Under the pieces are notes generated by a model. It was not told where the DNA came from, did no database searches, and saw only the letters and a program-made list of their open reading frames with translations. Shown here piece after piece: positions 53,932 through 64,000 of a stretch of 64,000 bases of DNA. The stretch's first letter is position 1; each line of letters begins with the position of its first letter. The translations under genes and the position numbers were made by a program. Source of the DNA: Octopus vulgaris (taxonomy: Eukaryota); assembly GCA_951406725.2 (NCBI GenBank), contig OX597814.1, forward strand, positions 151,280,001-151,344,000, in the 5' to 3' direction.

Positions 53932-53940
<9 letters not shown>
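53737..53940. repeat. 60-bp tandem repeat, three copies, each with a perfect 16-bp-arm hairpin
   Basis: tacaggactagtactc-t-gagtactagtcctgta at a period of 60; the last unit extends to an ~80-bp palindrome. Confidence 0.95.
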
Positions 53941-53971
<31 letters not shown>

Positions 53972-53995
53972 TAGAGAGAGAGAGAGAGAGAGATG

Positions 53996-54028
<33 letters not shown>

Positions 54029-54179
54029 TCAGTCAGACAGACAGACAGACAGACATACAGACAGACAGACAGATAGATAGATAGATAGATAGACATACAT
54101 ACATACATACGTACACACGTACACAAATACAGACATACACACAAACATACGTATATATAAATAAAAAAACCCACATACG

Positions 54180-54247
<68 letters not shown>

Positions 54248-54504
54248 TATACAGATATACACGCATACATATGCGTACGTTCGTAGGTGCAAAACATGTT
54301 ATTCATAGTGTTGTTTAGATCCGGTATTGGCAACCAATTGTTTCTTTTTGTAAGAGAGAAAAATGAAATCATTGGAAAACAGCTGACGGTCAGTGACTGA
54401 GGGTGGGTGGGGGAAAAAACATGACAAAGGGGGTTGCTATATGGTTACTGTAGCTGTTGCTATTGCTGAGCCGTTGCTGTTGTTACTGTTGTTTGCCGCC
54501 GCTT

Positions 54505-54690
54505 CTACATCACTACCATACCACTACCACTACCACCACCACCACCACCACCACATCCCACCACCACCACTACCACATCCCACCACCACATCATACCACC
54601 GCACCACACCACACCACACAACACCGCACTATCACAACCACCATCAGCTACTACGACTACTACTACTACTACCAACACCACCACCACCAC

Positions 54691-54733
<43 letters not shown>

Positions 54734-54734
54734 C

Positions 54735-54793
<59 letters not shown>

Positions 54794-54970
54794 CAACACT
54801 ACTACTACTACTACTACTACAACTACTACTACTACTACCACCACCACCACCAACACTACTACTACTTCTACTACTACCATCACCACCACCACCAACACTA
54901 CTACTACTACCACCACCACCACCACCACCACCAACACTACTACTACTACTACCACCACCACCACCAACAA

Positions 54971-55005
<35 letters not shown>

Positions 55006-55033
55006 CACCACCACCACCACCACCACCACCACC

Positions 55034-55104
<71 letters not shown>
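54505..55104. repeat. (ACC/ACT)n trinucleotide array
   Basis: Visible directly; source of the poly-T, poly-H and poly-V ORFs. Confidence 0.97.
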
Positions 55105-55132
55105 AGAATATGTAAAGTTGTCATTTTGCTTT

Positions 55133-55169
<37 letters not shown>

Positions 55170-55618
55170 TGAGTGCGCATGTGTGAGTGTTTGTGAGCAT
55201 GTGTGTGTGTCTGTGTGTCTACAACTAGCGTATGTGTTTGTATATAATGTATACATAGTTCTATATACAAAGGGGCGTTGAAAAGGTCCTGGCTTTAAGG
55301 ATTGTGAAAGGGGAGGTGAGCCCAACCTTCGGAGTTCATTTGCAGGGCTTACATAAACTGAAGGATAGCTGTAATAAAGTGTGTGAATCCGAGAGGGTAA
55401 TATCTCATTTACTTGTTTCAGTCATTTGACTGCGGCCATGCTGGAGCACCGCCTTTTAGTCGAGCAAATCGACCCCGGGACTTATTCTTTGTAAGCCCAG
55501 TACTTATTCTATCGGTCTCTTTCGCCGAACCGCTAAGTGACGGGGACGTAAACACCAGCATCGGTTGTCAAGGGATGTTGGGAGAACAAACACAGACAAA
55601 CAAACATACCCCCCCCCC

Positions 55619-55676
<58 letters not shown>

Positions 55677-55914
55677 TACGACAGGCTTCTTTCAGTTTCC
55701 GTCTAACAAATCCACTCACGAGGCTATAGCAGAAGACACTTGCCCAAGATGCCACGCAGTGGTACTGAACCTGGAACCATGTGGTTGGTAAGCAAGCTAC
55801 TTACCACACAGCCACTCCTGCGCCTATGTTGAATAAAATCATAATAAACTGATCCTCCTGTATTTTCTTTTTACCCAAAGCCAGGAACTTTTCGTCACCC
55901 GCTGGTGTGTGTGC

Positions 55915-55948
<34 letters not shown>

Positions 55949-55974
55949 ATGTGTGCATACACACACACAAACAA

Positions 55975-56005
<31 letters not shown>

Positions 56006-56262
56006 AACACACACACACACGCATACACACACACGCACACACGCACACACACATATATATATATAGGCACAGCAAGACTGTGTGGTAAGTAGCTAGCTTG
56101 GTCGGCCCCAAGCTATAGCAGAAGACATTTGCCCATGGTTCCGGATTCAATCCCATTGTGTGGCACCTTGGGCAAGTGTCTTCTACACGAGCCTCAGGCC
56201 GACCAAAGCCTTGTAAGTGGATTTGGTAGACGGAAACTGAAAGAAGCCCGTCGAGCATATGC

Positions 56263-56294
<32 letters not shown>

Positions 56295-57092
56295 GTGTGC
56301 ATATGTTTGTGTGTTTGTGTTTGTCCCCCTAACATCGCTTGACAACCGATGCTGGTGGGTTTACGTCCCCGAAACCTAGCAGTTCGGAAAAAGAGAAAGA
56401 CAGAATAAGTACTAGGCTCACAAAGAATAAATCCGGTGGTCGATTTGTTCGACTAAAGGCAGTGCTCCAACATGGCCACAGCCAAATGACTGAAACAAGT
56501 AAAAGAATAAAAGATTAGAAATACATGTATTAAATTTGTGTACGGTAAAACGCTTTGAATATGCAAATAATGCTCCTATTCCAGTATATTCGTCATTATG
56601 TGTAAACGCGCTCAGCAATGCATTAAAATATATTTTAATATAAGAATTTTTGTTATTATTTAATAAATGTATATCTGTATACATACATTCATAGATATAC
56701 GTATATATGTATATTTACATTTCTTTATTGCCCACAAGGGGCTAAACATAGAGGGGACAAACAAGGACAGGCAAAGGGATTAAGTCGATTACATCGACTC
56801 CAGTGCGTAACTGGTACTTAATTTTATCGGTCCCCGAAAGGATGAAAGCAAAGTCGACCTCGGCGGAATTTGAACTCAGAACGTAAGACAGACGAAATAC
56901 CTATTTCTTTACTACCCACAAGGAGCTAAACACAGAGGGGACAAACAAGGACAGACAAACGGATTAAGTCGATTACATCGACCCCAGTGCGTAACTGGTA
57001 CTTAATTTATCGACCCCGAAAGGATGAAAGGCAAAGTCGACCTATGTATATTTAATATATATGTATAAATGCATGTGTAAGCGTATGTACAT

Positions 57093-57135
<43 letters not shown>

Positions 57136-59588
57136 GTATGTGTGTACATATGTATGTAAAGTTTGTGTGCATGTCATTATTGAGCTTTATTTCAAGATTT
57201 CTTTCCAGTAGGGAAGGAGCTGGTTTCTAACCTATATCCAAAGCTCCTTCACTGGAATTTCAACATCATCAGGATATTTTTGTATGTATCTACATGTGCA
57301 GATGCATATGTTTTGTTTATATATGTATTCGCATGCATATAATTGCATATCTTAATATACACATGTATGTATGTATGTATGTATGTATGTATGTATGTAT
57401 GTATGTATGTATGTATGTATGTATGTATGTATGTATGTATGTATTATATATGTATGTATGCATGCATGTATGTATGTGTGTGTATGTGTGGTTGTGTGTA
57501 TGTATGTATGTATGTATGTATGTAGCTTTTGTTAGGGCATCCTTCTAGGAGAAGGTAACTCAGGTAACTGGGATAACTCCGACATAAAACCTGCGGCTCA
57601 GTCGTTACCGATGATGTTGACTTTTTCTTCTTTTCGGATTATGGCTGCTGTTGCTTAGTGTGTGGGATTGACTCAGTGCACAGCTTTTCCTCACTTTAAA
57701 AAAATCTTGCACGGGCATTGCACGATAGCAACATTGCTCATGATTGTTGATAGTGCTGTGAGTCTCAACTGAATGGCTGGCTGTAGCCTTAAAAAGCAAA
57801 TAAAAGTCACATTCGATCACAGCACCAAGAACAGATAAGCTTACTGCAATGGCCATACTCGATAACGAGGGCGCAGCCATCATGTATGTATGTATGTATG
57901 TATGTATGTATGTATGTATGTATGTATGTATGTATGTATGAATGTATGTATGCATGCAAGTATGTATGTGTGTGTGTATGTGTGGTTGTGTGTATGTATG
58001 TATGTATGTATGTATGTATGTATGTATGTATGTATGTATGTATGCATGCATGTATGTGTGTGTATGTATGTATGTATGTATGTATGTATGTATGTATATA
58101 TGTATGTATGTATGTATACATATACACACATACATATGTTGCGCAGAATAAATTTTCTCAACAATTCACCACGCGGAGTTTTTTCTCGAATCTTTTTACG
58201 ATGCATAAGTATGTGCGCATCTGGTGACCGGTAATAAACTCTCAGGAAAAAAGTCACTGTATTAAAGTCTCACTTTTGGCAAGGAAAAAAAGTCACAATT
58301 AATTTATGGGATCCGGACAAACCCCTCGGACAACCTCCACTCAGGAAAAAAAAAACCTGTGAATTTTTTTCCTGTGACTTTTTTTTTTAACCTGGATTCG
58401 CGCATCTGTTTGAATTACAATTTCCAATATAACAAATTCTATTTCATCTTAAAAACTTTGTGTACGCATACCTTTTATCCCTTTTCCCTTGTGTGCTAGT
58501 TGTAAAACATCTGTGCGTGCGCACAGACGCAAAGTCCAGTGGCAACATTAGAGAGAAAAGACTTGTCTGCGTGGGCAACTGTCAGTCTTTTTCAAATAAT
58601 CTTGGTCAAGCTTGCATATGCAAGTGCAGATACATGCTCAGCTTTGTTCGACAGAGATTCTCTCTATCCATAAGCATAACCAGAGAGTGTGCCGCCCGTT
58701 GTATCCCCTGAGTTTTCCGTTCCTCACCTCCCATATAGGCTTATAAAAGCTAACCCAAATAGCGGACCCCATAAAAGCGTTACCTGGAGCGGACCGTCCT
58801 CATCGCCCCTGCTTAGCTACGCTATTCTCTTTATGTATAAGGACATATAAAAAAAAACAAAAACAATCTCAAAAAAGTTTAAACGAAAACAGAGCCATTT
58901 CTTCTGAGTAGGACTTTAACCTTCCCCGCGCCAGGACAATTACCCCTGAGGACTACAGATGACGATTTAAAACTTCTTGATATATTGGAGAGGGGGTGTA
59001 ATTAACCAAGGGGAAAAATTGTCCTAGGGGGTAGTTATATCGTCTATAAAGCATGGTCAACCTAGCATTTCATTGATACAGAATCGAAACAAGGTATATT
59101 TGTAACATTGTTAGTTGGACGGGATAGGTTGTGTTATCCTCCTCACGTTCTGACGACAATGCCTGAGATGACACTGGTAGCCAGTTGTATCGGCCCTGGT
59201 TCTTTGCTTGGACAACGCCAGTGACGTAAAGGAAAGCAGCTTCTATGTACGAGTAACATGCATGGAAGGTAACGTCCATGTATGAGTAACGTTGTCTTGG
59301 CATGATCGCCGGAGGGGAATTTTTCCAGGCGCTGGTCCATAGCCTCACGAGATATATATACACTCTTTTACTCTTTACTATTTTACTTGTTTCAGTCATT
59401 TGACTGCAGCCATGCTGGAGCACCGCCTTTAATCGAGCAACTCGACCCCGGGACTTATTCTTTGTAAGCCCAGTACTTATTCTATCGGTCTCTTTGCCGA
59501 ACCGCTAAGTGACGTGGACATAAACACACCAGCATCGGTTGTCAAGAGATGTTGGGGTAGGGTGGGGAGACAAACACAGATATACAAA

Positions 59589-59662
<74 letters not shown>

Positions 59663-60129
59663 TACGACGGGCTTCTTTCAGTTTCCGTCTACCAAATCCA
59701 CTCACAAGGCTTTGGTCGGGTCGAGGCTATAGTAGAAGACACTTGCCCAAGGTGCCACGCAGTGGGACTGAACCCGGAACCATGTGGTTGGTAAACAAGC
59801 TACTTACCACACAGCCACTCCTGCGCCTATATATATATCGTCGAGTAGTAATATTACTTGTTATGACAAATGCATGGTCAAAATGTTACCGACGGTTTCA
59901 CGCCGACTATTCCATTTGGCAATATTTACGATTCTTCAGCCATGCTGACTCGGTGCTCATAGCTTATGTGCCATAACCAATAATACATTGCGCAACAATG
60001 TTAGAATATATCCGCTCTACTCCTCTTTTAGAGTCTGCTATTTTTCTAACTCATGGACAACTCAATGATTTGATAAGTGTATGTGTGTGTACTTGTGTTT
60101 GTATGTGTGTGAGATTAAGTATGAATAGA

Positions 60130-60166
<37 letters not shown>

Positions 60167-62418
60167 CTTGTCCTTTCTTTGATCTGAAATATGTAACGTG
60201 ATTATAGTTCCATAAATTCATACAATAATGCTAAAAAATTAATTAGAAATATATAAAAAGAAAAGTTTATAAAACAATATATACATCCGTTAAACTCGCC
60301 TCAAAAACAAAAAAACAAAATATTCACGACCATCTGTTGTTTCGTGAAATATCTGTGACTACTGAAGGCTATATTTAAAATCACTGCGGAGAAGCGTTCA
60401 TTGACACGTTTTTCGATACTCACACTTTTTCTAATCTGTTTGCCACCAGCAAAATGTAGGGTAAGTGTAAATCTTCCTTGAAGTGTGAGAGAAAGGAAAA
60501 GGATTTCATAACGTTTCTGATGTATCTCAATTTAATCAGTGGCGTAACTACGAGTGGGTGCTGAAAAGTTCCTGGCTTCGAGTAAAAGAAAATACGGGAG
60601 AATTAGTTAATCATGATTTTATCCAACATATTCCCCTCTCAGATTCATACACTTATTGCAGCGGCCCTTCAGTTTTTCTAAGCCCTGTAAAAGAATTCGG
60701 AATGTTGGGCCCCCAACTAGCCCTTTCGCAATACCCCTAAATCCAGGAACTTTTTCAGTACGTCAATCTTTGGGTTTGCTGCCCACGCCCAGTTCCACTT
60801 AAAAAATTCGACATATCATAGGCGCAGGAGTTGCTGTGTGGTAAGTAGCTTGCTTACCAACCACATGGTTCGGGTTCAGTCCCACTGCGTGGCACCTTGG
60901 GCAAGTGTCTTTTACTGTAGCCTCGGGCCGACCAAAGCCTTATGCGTGAATTTGGTAGACGGAAACTGAAAGAAGCCCATCGTATATATGTATATATATA
61001 TATGTATATGTGTGTGTGTGTTTGCCCCCACCCCACCAACATCGCTTGACAACTGATGCTGGTGTGTTTATGTCCCCGTCACTTCGCGGTTCGGCAAAAG
61101 AGAACGATAGAATAAGTACTAGGCTTACAAAGAATAAGTCCTGGGGTCGATTTGCTCGACTAAAGGCGGTGCTTCAGCATGGCCCCTGTCAAATGACTTG
61201 AAACTAGTAAAAGAGAGTATATCGCACAGTCACCCCTTCCTAAAATGCCGTCCCCTATAAAAGCGACCCCGAGCTACGCTACTCAATTTAATGCTACATT
61301 TCGATTGTAAGAACTTTTAATTTTAGTCAACGCCCAAAGCATTCTTAGCTTATTGTATTTATCGTCAGCATATCACAAACTCTAAGCACCTCTTCCCGCA
61401 CTCTTGCACAAAGCATATTTGGCAATTTTTTACAAGTTTCGTTTTGCAAATTTCATAGAAAAATGACCGTTCATTTTCTATTAGTCAACGCACAAACACC
61501 TCCCAAAACTCAGGACTTGGCTATTCAAATCTTCAGTTAATCCTCTTTATCAGGGATCATAAATCTCTTTTTGAAATGGCTTACTTTTTATAACATTTAG
61601 CCACGGCCTACATACCCTCTTTACTCTCTTTTACTTGTTTCAGTCATTTGACTGCGGCCATGCCGGAGCACCGCCTTTAGTCGAGCAACTCGACCCCGGG
61701 ACTTATTCTTTGTAAGCCCAGTACTTATTCTATCCGTCTGTTTTGCCGAGCCGCTAAGTGACGGGGACGTAAATACACCAGCATCGGTTGTCAAGCAATG
61801 CTAGGGGGACAAACACAGACACACAAACACACACACATATACATATATATATATACATATATACGACAGGCTTCTTTTCAGTTTCCGTCTACCAAATCCA
61901 CTCACAAGGCATTGGTCGGCCCGGGGCTATAGCAGAAGACACTTGCCCAAGATGCCACGCAGTGGGACTGAACCCGGAACCATGTGGTTGGTTAGCAAGC
62001 TACTTACCACACATCCACTCCTTATATGAAAATATACCCGCTTATTTTCCCAAGCAATGCTTACGTTTGTGATACAGACTACTATCAACTGCTCAATTAA
62101 ATTCGAGGATTAAAAGAAAAATTGAGGTCCACAGACAACACCTCAGTGGTCCACTTGTTGCCGATCCCTGTTCTCCAAAATGCAACGTTGCTGTTTTTGC
62201 TGTTTACCTCCATGTTAAAGAATTTTTAGCCATGTGCAAGGAATCCAGAATCATATTGTCTTATAGACCTTTCCTAAAACGGTGGTGGTTTGGGGTGATT
62301 TGAAGGATATTTAGCTGCTGTTTACCTGGTCGATTTACCACTTAGAGGCTCCACTCTTTGGAAACATATAGTGCTAAGTTGTTGAATATTGTGCTCATAT
62401 AGTAAGAAAGCTCCAATC

Positions 62419-62588
62419 CACTAGTGTAGCTTGAGGGGCGGAGAGGGTGGTCCGCCCTGGGCGGCACTTTTATAGGGGAGGCACCACTTTTGGCTCGGCT
62501 GTAGGCAATATTTAATTTTTTGTGGTGGCTCAGGGTCGACAAACTGAAGGGCCGCCCCCGGGAGACACACACTCAAGCTACGTTAGTG
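62419..62588. mobile_element. Short GC-rich MITE
   Basis: TIRs cactagtgtagcttgag and ctcaagctacgttagtg. Confidence 0.7.
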
Positions 62589-63115
62589 CCCCAAGCCGCT
62601 TAGTAAGACACCAAATATAGAGGCGTATATGACGGGAGCAGGGGCAGCGACCGCTCCCATCCAAACACGTTTTTCAAAATCAGCGCCTTTTAAATACAAA
62701 ATTAAAATGTATAATTAGCTAGTTAATTGTTTGGTATGTGTTACAACGACCCCACCTTTTTTTTCTGTGTTCGCTACCCCTAACTTCAGAACCTGGCTAT
62801 GTCCCTGACCGAATGTCAGGATCCATAATTGAGCCTAGTTCTGCAACAATAGTTGAAAAGATAAACTGTAGCGGAACCTAACCTGACAAAACACAACCAA
62901 ATTTACCAGTTTCGCAAAAGTTTTTTTTTTTACTTTCCCGAGAAACTGGGTAGAGATGGGTGGTAAGGGACAAAATTTCACTTTCACATTAGCGCTCGCT
63001 TTTATTTTAGATGAAACCAAGAATTTCAAATGCCCCTACAAATTCTCCAAGGAGTTTGTATTACGTACGACGGCATGATTCAATGTGGCTTTCACACACA
63101 CAAAAGCTTGTATGC

Positions 63116-63167
<52 letters not shown>

Positions 63168-63187
63168 CTCAATCTATCTATTTATCC

Positions 63188-63271
<84 letters not shown>

Positions 63272-63294
63272 GTCTATCTCTCTCTCTCTATCTA

Positions 63295-63373
<79 letters not shown>

Positions 63374-63378
63374 TTATA

Positions 63379-63453
<75 letters not shown>
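63116..63453. repeat. (TATC)n microsatellite
   Basis: Visible directly. Confidence 0.98.
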
Positions 63454-63454
<1 letters not shown>

Positions 63455-63553
63455 CCCTCTCTCTCTTTATATATATATATATACATATGTATATATGTAT
63501 ACACACGTATGCATATATGTATCTATGTTTATATACATACACACATATACATT

Positions 63554-63595
<42 letters not shown>

Positions 63596-63658
63596 AATGG
63601 AATTTTAACTCGCAGGTTATATGTCATACACTTAAACAGGCACTTCATAAACGCACAC

Positions 63659-63719
<61 letters not shown>

Positions 63720-64000
63720 CGTGTGTGTGTGTCTAAAACAGCAGACTGTCGCACATTTTTCTCGTCTCCTAAACACAGTAGTCACTGGGCACGTAGTGTC
63801 TATGATAGGAGACATTTGTCCGAGGTGCGGCGCACTGTGAACGAACCCGTACCCGGAACCAACTGGTTGCCAACACAATTTTTAAACAACCAAGTAGGAA
63901 CCTACTTCACCGCTTATTTTACCTATTATACAACAATTGCTAGTTTATTTACTGCGGCGGTGCCTGCTCACGAACATTCAACTTCAACATTGACCAATCA

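Noticed and set aside
53737-53940. Regularly spaced palindromic repeats resembling a CRISPR array
   Set aside because: The intervening sequences are near-identical rather than unique spacers, there are no cas genes and the context is eukaryotic.
54393-55158. 240-aa and 233-aa ORFs (mucin-like poly-Thr)
   Set aside because: Translations of an ACC/ACT microsatellite that are open in several frames, with no supporting gene structure.

Overview
AT-rich, repeat-dense animal genomic DNA. The SINE families and microsatellite load point to an octopus or close coleoid cephalopod (inferred from repeat sequence only). One confident gene: an NKRF-like protein (XTBD, two dsRNA-binding folds, G-patch, R3H) whose 646-aa CDS is uninterrupted on the minus strand (26557-28497). 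There is a probable last coding exon of a plus-strand gene at 379-474 and several low-confidence minus-strand exon candidates on both sides of NKRF. The rest is mostly tRNA-headed SINEs, mariner relics and MITEs, a Penelope-like GIY-YIG relic, a Helitron 3' end, a truncated tRNA-Glu and simple repeats. Nearly all other listed ORFs are repeat artefacts. The most interesting structures are: (1) hammerhead-ribozyme-like motifs inside fold-back elements, including a type I hammerhead apparently disabled by one ~10-nt deletion at 18925-19002; (2) a perfect 107-bp inverted duplication that splits and inverts a decayed Harbinger-like transposase at ~39 kb; (3) a change in CpG content and repeat families that falls inside the NKRF ORF; (4) several local templated inversions and insertions. 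No clear multi-gene novel system is demonstrable from sequence alone. Repeat boundaries were read by eye and are approximate.
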